Part shown: one piece after another, positions 10,454-20,618 of the stretch | Layout of the letters: each line of letters starts with the position of its first letter | How positions within the stretch are numbered: position 1 is the stretch's first letter | DNA from: an uncultured Leptospirales bacterium | GTDB taxonomy: Bacteria; Spirochaetota; UBA4802; UBA5368 | Direction of reading: 5' to 3' | NCBI GenBank assembly: GCA_964625625.1 | Contig: CAZVEG010000002.1 | Coordinates: forward strand, 15,865-79,864 | DNA: 64,000 nucleotides | Translations under genes and position numbers: made by a program | Notes under the pieces: generated by a model | Database searches by the model: none | What the model was told of the DNA's origin: nothing | The model's input: only the letters and a program-made list of their open reading frames with translations

Positions 10454-11431
10454 TCAGCTTCTGCCGGGAAGATAGTGCAGCGGATCGACCGGTTTACCCG
10501 CCCTGCCGATCTGGAAGTGAATGCTGCGGCTTCCGTCATCAATTTTACCGATAACCCTCCCCGCGGAGATTCGCTCGCCTTCCCTGACCGATATCTCGCC
10601 CATGCGGGAATACACCGTTATAAAACGCTCATCGTGCGAGATGATCACGTAACGACCGTAACCGCGCATATCGCCTATCCGTTTCACCACCCCGGAAGCC
10701 GAAGATACAACGGTCGAACCCGGGCTGCTCGTAATCTCCAGCCCCAGGGGTTTCACCCCCCGGGCGGAGTCCCTGCGGACGGCGATTACCCGCGGCAACG
10801 GCCAGCGAAAATCTATACGCTCCCGGGCCGGCGTTGGAGCGGTGACCGGGGTCCGGGCCGTCTGACGCGTACTGTTCGACGGCAGCCGGAGCTTCGCCCC
10901 CACCTTGATGGGTTCACCCTTCTTCAGATCATTGAGACCATAAATCTCGGCAAGCGTACAGTCATGCCGTTTCGCAAGGCTGTAGAGGGTATCGTTTTTC
11001 TTAACGGTATACGTGATTACCGGAGTCGTTCTGTCCTTCACGGACTTCCGGAGCGAATCACCGGCCGGGGATGATTCCTTTCCGGGAGCTGTCCTCACAA
11101 TCCCGGGGGGTTCGTTCTTTGCCCTGCCCGGGCCGATCTCGTCTTCCCCGCGGCGGGTCTGTCGCCCCCTGTCTTCGTCCTGAAGGTCCGCGCCGTCATC
11201 ATAGCCCTCGAATGGTTCGGAGGCATCAAATCCCGCGTCATCGTAGACCGTTTCGTCATCGCTCCAGCGGTGCAGGATCGTCATTCCGCGGGCAGGCCGA
11301 ACTTCCTCGTCCCGGGAGTAGCCGCGCCGGTCATCGCGCACCATCACGGTGCGCGGCGGCGCACAGTACATCCCCCCGGAAAAGACGAATAGTGCCACCC
11401 AGGCGATGGCATACATCCCTGTTGCCTTCAC
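10454..11431 (-). CDS. LysM domain + M23 family metallopeptidase; membrane-anchored
   Basis: N-terminal TM helix and an acidic low-complexity linker. LysM motif TYTVKKNDTLYSLAKRH..IYGLN. The C-terminal M23 fold carries HDERFITVYSRMGE. Confidence 0.8.
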   Translation of the reverse strand: MKATGMYAIAWVALFVFSGGMYCAPPRTVMVRDDRRGYSRDEEVRPARGMTILHRWSDDETVYDDAGFDASEPFEGYDDGADLQDEDRGRQTRRGEDEIGPGRAKNEPPGIVRTAPGKESSPAGDSLRKSVKDRTTPVITYTVKKNDTLYSLAKRHDCTLAEIYGLNDLKKGEPIKVGAKLRLPSNSTRQTARTPVTAPTPARERIDFRWPLPRVIAVRRDSARGVKPLGLEITSSPGSTVVSSASGVVKRIGDMRGYGRYVIISHDERFITVYSRMGEISVREGERISAGRVIGKIDDGSRSIHFQIGRAGKPVDPLHYLPGRS

Positions 11432-11611
11432 GGAACAACTCCTTTCGTTCCATGCGCGCGCGGAAGCCCCTTCCGCTCCGTCAGCGCGGCCATGTAAGCA
11501 TAGTATTCCTTTATCTAAATATCGGCTCTGCGCCCTTTATAGTTGAGCTTTTTTTATTTTTTATTCGCCGGTCTTTTCAGATTAATCCCGGCCGGAGTCC
11601 GCACGGCGCGT

Positions 11612-12028
11612 TCAGTCGCTCCCCGTAGTCGTTATGGTGAGCTTCCCGTGGCGGACGTTCTTTATGGAAAGCAGCCGGTCAGCGATTTTTTTCACCACCC
11701 GTGAAGCCCCTTTCAGGATAAGCACTTCCAGGCAGTTGTGTTCATCGAGATGGACATGCACCGCGGAGATTATGCTCTGGAAATTATCATGCTGAATGTC
11801 GTTAAGCCGGTCGGCGATTTCCCTCACCTCGTGGCTGTACACCAGGGTGAGTGTCCCTATGACCCCGGCCTCGGGTGATGCCGCCTCCTCGCGGACGAGC
11901 GCATCACGTATCAGGTCGCGGATGGCCTCTGACCGGTTTACGTATCCTTTCTCCGAAATCAGGTCATCGAACTGGAGGAGCAGCTTTTCATCGATCGACA
12001 CCCCGAAACGAATTATCCTGTTACCCAT
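11612..12028 (-). CDS. nikR: nickel-responsive transcriptional regulator NikR
   Basis: Ribbon-helix-helix N-terminus (RFGVSIDEKLLLQFD). The C-terminal ACT-like domain has an H-x-H...C nickel site (VHVHLDEHNC). Confidence 0.85.
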   Translation of the reverse strand: MGNRIIRFGVSIDEKLLLQFDDLISEKGYVNRSEAIRDLIRDALVREEAASPEAGVIGTLTLVYSHEVREIADRLNDIQHDNFQSIISAVHVHLDEHNCLEVLILKGASRVVKKIADRLLSIKNVRHGKLTITTTGSD

Positions 12029-12166
12029 GAAGGTCCATCCTGATCAATTTTTCCGGCAGCAGTGTATCATGAAATCCAGCGGTGTCAAGCACGGCGGAGG
12101 GCACGTGAACATAGAACCGATATGAATCCTGTGGCATAATTTTTTGTGCTGAAAGCGCATATAGTA

Positions 12167-12195
12167 TTGACAACCGGTTTTTACATCTGTAGGAT
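12167..12195 (+). promoter_or_regulatory. sigma70-like promoter for the small membrane-protein gene (TTGACA, 17-nt spacer, TAGGAT)
   Basis: ttgaca at 12167-12172, a 17-nt spacer, and taggat at 12190-12195. It sits in the nikR / small-ORF divergent intergenic region. Confidence 0.3.
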
Positions 12196-12268
12196 TGCAG
12201 ACGTCGTTCTTTTCATAAAAACAACGAGGCCGTTCGCCGATCACCAACAGGCACGAGGAATACTCAAC

Positions 12269-12502
12269 ATGACACAGACCAGCGAAAAAAACGGCCAGAA
12301 CACCACTCCACCCAGACGACGATCATCAAAAAAATCGAGCGCGTCCTCGAGGGTGTTCACCATCATCATGGAGTACCGGGAGTCAAGGCTGTTTCAGTGG
12401 ATCAAGCTCCATCCGGAGATTTCCATAGGGATAGTCGCTCTCTGGGGAATGCTTATCATAGTGTTTTTTCTATGGTTCATCTTTTCCATGGCCCCCCGCT
12501 GA
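12269..12502 (+). CDS. small hypothetical protein with C-terminal TM helix
   Basis: ATG at 12269 preceded by GAGGA. Basic Ser/Lys-rich N-terminus followed by a hydrophobic helix. The ORF-track start at 12146 is a GTG inside the promoter and probably not used. Confidence 0.4.
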   Translation: MTQTSEKNGQNTTPPRRRSSKKSSASSRVFTIIMEYRESRLFQWIKLHPEISIGIVALWGMLIIVFFLWFIFSMAPR

Positions 12503-12541
12503 TCCCCTGCAAGCCGGCCGACGAACGAGACGGGTAAAAGC

Positions 12542-15500
12542 CTATCTTCCTTTTTCAATAATGACATGCCGCTGCTCCGCCTGTCGGATGCCCGTGGAAA
12601 AATCGACAAATTCACCGTAATCAGCCGGGTCGATGGTGACCGCGTTAACGTGCACCTCTTTTTTCACCTCGAGCTCGACTGATCCGGAACGCTTCGACAC
12701 CCGGATGATCGCATATCCGAAACTGGACCTGAGCACATCCTCCCTCTCCAGCACGGCCGGACGATACGCTTCCGGAAGTACAAAACGGTAGAGCTCGGAT
12801 TCATTGACCGGACGAACGATATGGAAGGCATGTGTTCGATGACGGGCGTCGACATGGTGTAATACCTCGCTGGCGTTCAGCACCGGTGTTATAACGATAC
12901 GATCAGGCGCCGCCGTAACAATGGAAAAGGCCCTTCCCCTGATCGAAAGCTCCAGTGGCAGGTCCGCCGCATCGAGACCGGCAAATTGAAAAGCATCCAG
13001 GCTGAATGCCGGGAACATGCGTGAAAGAAACCGGTTGACCATTTCCTCCCTGGACCGGGAATCCTCGAAAAGCAGGCGTACGTCCTCCCGTGCGCCGTGA
13101 AAGCGGATATGCCCGTCGAAAAAAGCGTTTCCCGTTTCGTCGATCCGCACTTTCATCCCGATCCTGCTCCCGCTCATCCTCGAGGCGCTGACGATTCGCC
13201 TTTCAGTCCTGTCCCGGATAACGACCAGTGCCTCGGTCTCATCAATCTCCGGGTCCACCACGCCATAGCCGTTGTATGCCCGCGAGAAGTCCATCCAGAC
13301 TCCCCCGCTCCGGTCGATGGGGACATACAGCAGTAAATGTGAAAAAATTCCCGGGGAGACGAAGCCCCGCAGGTCGGGAGAGCCCCGTCCCGCCGTGAAC
13401 GCGAAATATGAACGGATACCCAGACATTCCAGTATCGCCCTGGCAAGCACCGCCTTGTCCTCCGGCGTGCCCCTGCGTTTCATCAGCGTCGTCGCGGCCT
13501 TCTCGGGAAAATAGAGCACGTTACCCGAGAGATCGATACCGCGCGAAACGAACGCATAGACCCTTCTCGCCGCTTCGTCCACGCCCCCGCCGGCGAATCT
13601 CGCGCGGATTTCGTCTCCGGGGAGGGCGAATGCGTCGCTTACCAGGCCGTTGTACCATATGGCGAACTCCCTCCAGTCCCGCATCGTGGAAATCGAATAC
13701 AGGGGAAGACTGCGAAGGCGTTCCCCCATGGAGCGTTCCATTCTTACGGGCACATGGTTTTCACTCCTGAGCCGGTATTCGATCATGCCCTCCCGCCTCC
13801 GGTGCGTGAGAGTTCCGCCGGTGTGCGCGATTTTCACGTCCAATTCCTCCGGAGCGATCACCCTGCACGAGAATACACCCAGCGCCTCGTCGAAATCGTG
13901 CATTGCCGTCGGCGGTGTTGCGAAGATTCCCGGCGAGCCCTGAAGGCCAAAGGGGTTGTCGGCATAATATGCCACATGAATGATGGAGCGCTCGCCAAGC
14001 GACGGCAGGGAGATATACGAGGCCCCGTCCACGCGAATAATCCGGCCGGCGTCGCTGTAGCTTCCATCCTCGCGGTATACCCGCGCGCGCAACGGATACA
14101 CCCCGCTCCCATGATCCAGTTTGAACTCGCCGTATCGCTCGATTCCCCTGCTGTCATGCACATAAATCACATCATCACAGAAAGCCCGGCTGCTGCCATC
14201 CGCGTTGAGGCGGTAGATCCTGCCCCGGTAGATCACCTCCGACGGAGCGCCGGTACCTTTTCTTTTATCGCGCAGCCACGAGGCGACATGGTCCTCGCCC
14301 TTTTCCTCCCGGTCGCGGGCCATCGGCGGTTCGAGTTCGCCATCGGACAGGAAATCGAGCAGATCGCCCATCCGGTAATATGAAGGCGCGATCGCGAGCA
14401 TTCGCCCCCAGTTGAGAGAGGGAATCTCCCCCTCAAGGTAACCGATCCTCCCCAGGCGCAGGTAATCCTCTGGATCATCCTTCATGGCAACTCTTTCCAG
14501 GAGCAGCCGCGACGCCTTCTCGTATTCGCCCAGGTCGATGAGCGCGTCGATACGCTCCCTTCCGTATTCATCGAACCTGTCGTGCCCATCCACGAGGGTG
14601 ACGATATCCCCGTGCCGATTCATCGTCCTGAGAATATCGATCAGCGCTTCGAACGCCGTCCTGTCGAACCCCGATTCGAGGACCTCGCGGTAAAGCCGCG
14701 CCGAATGCGCCGGATCCCTCTGCCGGTGGTACGCGGCGAGGCTTTTCCCGGGGGCCGGCGAGGACGGGAACGCCTTCGTGAAGGCCGAAAGATCTTCCTC
14801 AAACTCCTTCTCATAGCCGAGCCCGGCGATCATGCCCGAATACGTTTCGCGAAGCGGCAGGAACAATGGGGCGCGACGCACCAGAGCCCTGCCTTCGGCA
14901 TACGCCTCCGCCGCCTTCCTGCCGGCAAGGATCTGCAGCCGGCGGTACCTCGCGGGGATGAACGATGCGTCCGCCTCACACAGTTCATGATAGATGCGCG
15001 CCGCTTCCACATACTCCGCCGAGCTCCTGTCGCTCCCCGCGCTTTCCAGCAGGGATTCCGCAAGGAAATAACGACACGGGTAGCCGGTCTCCGTTGATTT
15101 CCCCTTTCTGAAATGTGTGACCGCCTCGCGACTGTCGCGTTCACGGAAATAGCTCCCGAGGTGGAACGAAGCGCCGGGATCACCGCCGTGCAACCGGGCC
15201 ACCAGTACTTCGTACGGGTAGTCCAGTATCTCCATGAATTCGCACGGGTCGGTGACGGGTCTTCCCGCGGATATCTCCAGTTGGACCGGGGTGTCATTCA
15301 TATCGGTAACGATCAACCGGAACCGCCATTCATCATCGGAGTAAACTTTCACCGTAATCGTTATGCTCTCTTTCGCCCTTGCCTCGACGATGCGTACCGA
15401 ACGGCGGATGCCGGCGTTTGTGTTCGCCAGGGCCTCCCGTCCGTTGATAAACAACCGGTATGCGCACGGTGAATACATCCTCAGGCGGACGGGCCCTCCG

Positions 15501-16117
15501 GGCTTAATGGTGGTCGACGCATACGCTACTCCCCGCTCAGGATACATCAACCGCCTGAAATCGATCTCCCCGCTTCTTTCATCCGCGACGATTTTTTTCC
15601 AGCGCGTTTCGTTTCCGGCTTCCGGCAAGGCGATCTCCGGCATGAACGGGTACTCCAGGTCGGCGGCACCGAATCGGTGGTATGGCCCGGAGACCAGCCA
15701 GTCACGGACCGGCTGCAGACGTTTTACGTATTCGACCGCTTTCCCCGGCGCGAACCGGCGCGCCAGTCTTTCACGCTCGAGCGTGATCGAAAGACGGTAC
15801 AGGTTCGCGTGCGGGGGCTTAGCCGTGTCGAGTCCGGTGACGACGCGCTCAAGGGTACCATCCACCCTGGCGAATCCATACAGATCGACCAGCGTGACAA
15901 GATCAGAAAAATACAGCGACGATTCGGGAGCCGCCGGGAAACGAAGCAGCATGGCCTCTATCGCGTCGTACAGTGCGTAATAATCGCCTCCGGCGAAATT
16001 CTTGAATACGCGTTCCTCGTGCGCGCGTATATCGTCCGCCAAAGCAAAACCCGGAGCGGCCAGCAGAAGAAAGGCCGGCAGGGCAAGTACTCTAGCGATC
16101 AGCCCGCGACCTGCCAT
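12542..16117 (-). CDS. giant secreted transglutaminase-like protein of the DUF3857 type; the nucleophile Cys is replaced by Pro (predicted pseudoenzyme)
   Basis: Signal peptide, long helical-repeat region and beta-rich middle. In the TGase-like core, RRGTPEDKAVLARAILECLGIRSYFAF aligns with the GDC.D...L.R..GI.AR motif of the upstream paralog. The Pro codon lies at 13463-13465 on the minus strand. The His (FSHLLLYV) and Asp (WMDFS) positions are retained. Confidence 0.7.
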   Translation of the reverse strand: MAGRGLIARVLALPAFLLLAAPGFALADDIRAHEERVFKNFAGGDYYALYDAIEAMLLRFPAAPESSLYFSDLVTLVDLYGFARVDGTLERVVTGLDTAKPPHANLYRLSITLERERLARRFAPGKAVEYVKRLQPVRDWLVSGPYHRFGAADLEYPFMPEIALPEAGNETRWKKIVADERSGEIDFRRLMYPERGVAYASTTIKPGGPVRLRMYSPCAYRLFINGREALANTNAGIRRSVRIVEARAKESITITVKVYSDDEWRFRLIVTDMNDTPVQLEISAGRPVTDPCEFMEILDYPYEVLVARLHGGDPGASFHLGSYFRERDSREAVTHFRKGKSTETGYPCRYFLAESLLESAGSDRSSAEYVEAARIYHELCEADASFIPARYRRLQILAGRKAAEAYAEGRALVRRAPLFLPLRETYSGMIAGLGYEKEFEEDLSAFTKAFPSSPAPGKSLAAYHRQRDPAHSARLYREVLESGFDRTAFEALIDILRTMNRHGDIVTLVDGHDRFDEYGRERIDALIDLGEYEKASRLLLERVAMKDDPEDYLRLGRIGYLEGEIPSLNWGRMLAIAPSYYRMGDLLDFLSDGELEPPMARDREEKGEDHVASWLRDKRKGTGAPSEVIYRGRIYRLNADGSSRAFCDDVIYVHDSRGIERYGEFKLDHGSGVYPLRARVYREDGSYSDAGRIIRVDGASYISLPSLGERSIIHVAYYADNPFGLQGSPGIFATPPTAMHDFDEALGVFSCRVIAPEELDVKIAHTGGTLTHRRREGMIEYRLRSENHVPVRMERSMGERLRSLPLYSISTMRDWREFAIWYNGLVSDAFALPGDEIRARFAGGGVDEAARRVYAFVSRGIDLSGNVLYFPEKAATTLMKRRGTPEDKAVLARAILECLGIRSYFAFTAGRGSPDLRGFVSPGIFSHLLLYVPIDRSGGVWMDFSRAYNGYGVVDPEIDETEALVVIRDRTERRIVSASRMSGSRIGMKVRIDETGNAFFDGHIRFHGAREDVRLLFEDSRSREEMVNRFLSRMFPAFSLDAFQFAGLDAADLPLELSIRGRAFSIVTAAPDRIVITPVLNASEVLHHVDARHRTHAFHIVRPVNESELYRFVLPEAYRPAVLEREDVLRSSFGYAIIRVSKRSGSVELEVKKEVHVNAVTIDPADYGEFVDFSTGIRQAEQRHVIIEKGR

Positions 16118-19100
16118 CCTTCACGCTCCGTAACAGTATTCTCTCGTTTTCCTTCCGGTGGATGAAAATCAGGAAGTCCCGGAATTCACCGTACTCCCGG
16201 GGATCGATCGATGAATCCCTGAAAACAAAGCTCGATCGCACCTCGATTTCCCCGCTCCCTTTTATCCCGTAATCAAACCGCGCCACGAATCTGGAATGAA
16301 CGCGTTGTTCGGCCCGCGGCAATACGGCCACCTCCCAGCCCTCGGGGATGCTGAACCGAACTATCGTGTCACTCGTCCATCCCCCCGAGATACGGACCGG
16401 GGAAACGCGTGTTTTCATCATTCCGTATTCCCGGTAATAATCCGACGACACGATAAACGGGCTGATGGCCGCATATTCCCCGGCCGTCGGGAGAAAAGAC
16501 GGAATGCTCCCGCTGTACGAGTACACGACCGGCCCTTCGGTCCCCGCCTGGTGGACCGAAAGACCGGCGACGGACGTGCCGGTGTATTTGGAATTCCAGT
16601 ATGACGCGATCCCCCGGAGCTTTTCGGACTCGTCCAGAAGCTCCAGGCGGACGGAACGGGCGAACGCTCCTCCCTTCGTCAATTTCCTGGTAAAGGCCGC
16701 ACCACCCTTTGCGTCGATTTTCACCTCGGTGATCACCTCGTCAGTATTCGCGTGGTAAAACCCGGTATTCGTGTTCATGAACGCATGACCGCCGTCGTCG
16801 ATGACGAGCGCCTGGATGTTCCGGTCCTCGGTCGGCAGCTCGCGACATCCCGCCATTTTCGCCGTAGCGTCCAGGAAAACACCCCCCGCCAGGTTCACAT
16901 AGCAGATCGCATGATTGAACTGCCCTATGAAGGGGATGGACCGATCCAGTTCCCCGCGCTCCCTGGTCCTGACGAGCGCCACACGTGCGTCGATCCCCGC
17001 TTTACGGAGCATCGATATCAGCACCAGCGTGAGGTCCTTGCAGTCTCCCATTCGCGTCGCATACGTCAGGTCCGCGTTCCGCGGCTGCAGGCCGCCGAGG
17101 CCCAGCTCGAATCCGACATAGCGTATCGACGAGTTGACATGGTTGAATATCTTCCTCATTTTCTCGAGATCATCGTCCCGGCTGCCGATGATCCCGGAGA
17201 GGTCTTTATGCATCTCCGCACTCATCCTTGCCCTGCCCCTCATCAGGGACGCGTACCAGCGCGCCGCCTCCTCCCAGGTTCCATGCGAGCTGACGATGAG
17301 CGAGGGGATGATTTCGCTCTGGTGGGGCATGGCGACTTCATCACTGTACGGCCGCACGTTCGAAAGCGCGAGCCGGTATATTCGCCGGTCCCCCTGACGC
17401 TCCACGGAAAGCCGGTCGTTCGTTATCCCCTTAAGGCGGACATGAAGCCGCATGCCTTCCGGACGGCTGATAACGATGTTTGAGAGCAGCGTCCTGTACC
17501 GCCCGCCCGCCATGATCCGCTCACCGACATATCCGCGGTACAGCCGCGCCTCCCCGCTCCGTACCCGATAGCTGAGATCGACCAGGCTGCCCTTCCCCAG
17601 CGATGGAACCGCAAGCACCCTCGCCTGCACGTCGTAGTACATACGGCTGTCGGGGTCCGACAGCGAGCGCACGTACGACTCCGCAGATTCCACCACCTCT
17701 CCGCCGCGCGTAACGGTGCAGCGCACGTCCTCCACACGGTCCGTCGCGGGATTGAATACAATATACTGTGTCGAAAAATCGCGTATGGCGCTTTCGGCGT
17801 TGATCTGGAATACCCTGCGCACCGTTTTCTCGTATGACCCGTCGGCCGAAATATTCATCACGCACTCATCAAGGATCACCACGGCGGCCTCGTCCGGGTA
17901 CCGCCCCGCGTCATCCAGTATCGCGGGCACAAGCGTCGCGCGATAGCGGGCGAGCGGGTCCGGAGTGCGCTCTATCGCGTCAATATACTCCTTCATCCTG
18001 AAATTCTCGGGATTGCGCAGGAGTGCTTCCTTCATGTACCTGAGGCCGGAATCGACCTCCCCGGCCCGGTAATACAGTGTGCCGATGTCGAAAAGGATGC
18101 CGCTGTCATCCGGGGCAAGCGCCAGCGCCGCCGTCAGATAGGGCAGGGCGGCCCGCGGCCCTCCGTGCGTCCGTACCGCGCCGGCCAGCTTCCGGCGCAG
18201 CTCGGCATCGCAGGGGAAAAGATGTACCCCCCCCTCGAGCGCCGCAATGGCCATGCCGTTCTCACCCGAGCGCTCGAACGAATCCGCGAGCGCTTTAACA
18301 TGGGTCCTGTTATACCGGTCCATATCGCAGAGTATCCCGTATTCGTCGGACGCGCTTCTATAACTTCGCCGAAGGTTCAGGACCCGGGCGCGTACCGCCC
18401 TTCCCGATGAAGGAAAGCCCGATTCGATAAGTGAGGTCGCGCATTTAAGCGCCTCGTCATACCAGCCCCTTTCGATGAAATACAGCGACTCCAGTTCCAG
18501 GGCCGCGGGGCAGGAGGGATTTATTCCCCTTATTCGCTTGATGAGCGGCGGCGCCTCGTGGAAGAAGCCGTTGCCGATTCTGGCCTCCGCAAGCTTCACG
18601 AGCGGCAGAAGCGCGGTACGGTCGCCCTCGGCCGCCTGTCTCAACAGTGTCTCGCGTTTTTCCTCGTCGTCCCGGCTCAGGGCAAGGTAGTACCTGGCCA
18701 CACGTCCGTATGAGTCGCTGTCGAGCGCGCTCTGGAACAGGCTCAGCGCCTCACCCGTTTCCTCGCTGTCAAGTCCCGCCGCGTACATCAGGTATCCGGC
18801 ACGAAACGCCGCGTCCGGTCCGCCTTCCCCGGCGCGGGCGGAAAGCTCCCGTAGAGCGGAAAACCACGGGACACCGGTTTCCGGCCGAGTACCGGGCGGG
18901 GACTTCGAACCGGTGTCATCGAGCGCAACATGCCGAAGCGAAAACTTGACGCCGTCCGTGAGGGAATCCCCCAGCCTGACGAGCAGGCGGTGCACTCCGG
19001 GAGCGCATCGCACCGCCACGCGGTACTGGTCATGCGCGAAACGATGCCTTGTGACGCTCTTAAATACCGGCTTGTCGTCTATCCATATCTGCGTCTGCCC

Positions 19101-19778
19101 GGTCTTGCCGATATGGAACACCCGGGTTTCATCGGCGCGTGTTGTAAAATCCGCCGCGATAAAATACACGACGTCCGCCGCGTCGAGGTTTCTCTCCCCG
19201 GGATCGAGTATGCTCATGCGGTCGGCCCGGGCATCGAACCAACGCACCGGGTAGAGTTTTCCGGGTACGGGGGATCCCACGCCGTCTTCCTTTACCGGCG
19301 CCGGCCCGGAATCGGGTAACGCCGCAGTATGGGAATCGAACGGTCCGATCACCCTGTAGTCCTTGACGAAGCCGAGCCCGTCGGAGATCTCTTCCGCCGC
19401 GGCGGTATCGCCGTTGCGAAGCGACAGCCAGGCCTGCAGCAGCCGTATCCGGGCCCTGAGCGCCTCGTTGCGGTCAACGGCCCCGTTTTCCGAAAGCAGC
19501 CGTTTGCAGGCATGAATGCCGGCGGGTACCAGTTCGGGATAGCGCACCGTTTCGGCCATCCTGAACACGCCGTACTCGATCATCGCCGGATCATTTTCCC
19601 TGACCGCCGCCCGGACCAGTTCCTCGAGCGCCCCTCGATAATCACCGCGCCAGAAGCGCTTTTCTGACGGCAGCCAGATGTCTTCCGCCACACCCGCGGC
19701 GGCGAACGAATTCACGGCCGCCAGCACGAGCATGGCCGTGAACACCCGCGCGAGAATTGCCGACGAGCCCGTTCCCAC
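16092..19778 (-). CDS. giant secreted TPR + DUF3857-type + transglutaminase-like cysteine protease-fold protein with an intact Cys-His-Asp triad
   Basis: Signal peptide and ~500 aa of TPR-like repeats. The TGase core carries MGDCKDLTLVLISMLRKAGIDARVALV, with the Cys codon at about 17040-17042 on the minus strand, then FNHAICYV and FLDAT. Overlaps the downstream paralog by 26 nt. Confidence 0.75.
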   Translation of the reverse strand: MGTGSSAILARVFTAMLVLAAVNSFAAAGVAEDIWLPSEKRFWRGDYRGALEELVRAAVRENDPAMIEYGVFRMAETVRYPELVPAGIHACKRLLSENGAVDRNEALRARIRLLQAWLSLRNGDTAAAEEISDGLGFVKDYRVIGPFDSHTAALPDSGPAPVKEDGVGSPVPGKLYPVRWFDARADRMSILDPGERNLDAADVVYFIAADFTTRADETRVFHIGKTGQTQIWIDDKPVFKSVTRHRFAHDQYRVAVRCAPGVHRLLVRLGDSLTDGVKFSLRHVALDDTGSKSPPGTRPETGVPWFSALRELSARAGEGGPDAAFRAGYLMYAAGLDSEETGEALSLFQSALDSDSYGRVARYYLALSRDDEEKRETLLRQAAEGDRTALLPLVKLAEARIGNGFFHEAPPLIKRIRGINPSCPAALELESLYFIERGWYDEALKCATSLIESGFPSSGRAVRARVLNLRRSYRSASDEYGILCDMDRYNRTHVKALADSFERSGENGMAIAALEGGVHLFPCDAELRRKLAGAVRTHGGPRAALPYLTAALALAPDDSGILFDIGTLYYRAGEVDSGLRYMKEALLRNPENFRMKEYIDAIERTPDPLARYRATLVPAILDDAGRYPDEAAVVILDECVMNISADGSYEKTVRRVFQINAESAIRDFSTQYIVFNPATDRVEDVRCTVTRGGEVVESAESYVRSLSDPDSRMYYDVQARVLAVPSLGKGSLVDLSYRVRSGEARLYRGYVGERIMAGGRYRTLLSNIVISRPEGMRLHVRLKGITNDRLSVERQGDRRIYRLALSNVRPYSDEVAMPHQSEIIPSLIVSSHGTWEEAARWYASLMRGRARMSAEMHKDLSGIIGSRDDDLEKMRKIFNHVNSSIRYVGFELGLGGLQPRNADLTYATRMGDCKDLTLVLISMLRKAGIDARVALVRTRERGELDRSIPFIGQFNHAICYVNLAGGVFLDATAKMAGCRELPTEDRNIQALVIDDGGHAFMNTNTGFYHANTDEVITEVKIDAKGGAAFTRKLTKGGAFARSVRLELLDESEKLRGIASYWNSKYTGTSVAGLSVHQAGTEGPVVYSYSGSIPSFLPTAGEYAAISPFIVSSDYYREYGMMKTRVSPVRISGGWTSDTIVRFSIPEGWEVAVLPRAEQRVHSRFVARFDYGIKGSGEIEVRSSFVFRDSSIDPREYGEFRDFLIFIHRKENERILLRSVKDGRSRADR

Positions 19779-19781
19779 GTG

Positions 19782-20618
19782 TTATTTCACCTCACCGCCG
19801 TTGCCGGCTCCCGGAATACGCACGGCCCTGTTCAACAGCCTGCGGGCTTCCTCCTTCCTGTTCTGCCGCAGCAACAGGGATGAATAATCTAGGTAGGCCT
19901 GCCGGTAATGGGGGAATGATTTCACGCAACGCCGGTAATAAGCCTCCGCCTCCTCGTCCCTGCCGGTCTTTTCCATGAGGGCCGCCATCCGGTGAACCGG
20001 AACCGGGTTGTCACCATCTGCCAGCAGCGCCTCGCGGTAGAAGCGATCGGCCATGGTATAATCGTCGCGCTCGAAAAAGATATCGCCCAGCTCGAGGGCG
20101 GCGTAACTGTTTTCCGGGTAGCGTTCCTTCATCAACAGCAGGGCCTTCGCTCCCTCCTCCAGACGCCCCGCGTGCCGGTAGAGGATGTACAGGTTGTAAT
20201 ACGCCGGAATAATCGCGTCATCGCCGCCGATCAGACCGAGAAATCCTTCCTCCGCCTCCCTGATTCTTCCGTCACCCAGGCGAATGCAGGCCATGTTGTT
20301 TTCCGCCATCGCCCGGTGATCCGCCCCCCCGGCCGCTATCGCCTCGTACTGCTTCATGGCACGTCCCGCGCTGCCCGGAGCGCGTTCCACGATATGATAA
20401 TACCGGGCCAGGTTCCAGAGATCACATCCCGTTTTTCTCCCGCGCTCCGGTTTCCGCGCGACATCGCTTTTCCATCCCGCTCCGCAGTCGGCGGGAAAAC
20501 GCAGCGCGAGAGGAAGAAGCCCCGCCCTGTTCTCAATTATATCGTCCGCACCGTTTCTCACGGGCGGCGAGGCACATGCGATGAAAAAAACCGCGACGGC
20601 GGCGGTGATACCCTTCAT
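19782..20618 (-). CDS. TPR-repeat lipoprotein
   Basis: Lipobox-like FFIACASP signal and multiple 34-aa TPR-like repeats. The gene sits 4 nt upstream of the giant TGase-like gene, so the three are probably one operon. Confidence 0.7.
   Translation of the reverse strand: MKGITAAVAVFFIACASPPVRNGADDIIENRAGLLPLALRFPADCGAGWKSDVARKPERGRKTGCDLWNLARYYHIVERAPGSAGRAMKQYEAIAAGGADHRAMAENNMACIRLGDGRIREAEEGFLGLIGGDDAIIPAYYNLYILYRHAGRLEEGAKALLLMKERYPENSYAALELGDIFFERDDYTMADRFYREALLADGDNPVPVHRMAALMEKTGRDEEAEAYYRRCVKSFPHYRQAYLDYSSLLLRQNRKEEARRLLNRAVRIPGAGNGGEVK

Noticed and set aside
12029-12268. A definite NikR operator (GTATGA-N16-TCATAC-type) in the nikR divergent region.
   Set aside because: Only short palindromic fragments (tcatga, tgatca, gacgtc) are visible, and no full dyad with the correct spacing. 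This is left as a testable idea rather than a called site.
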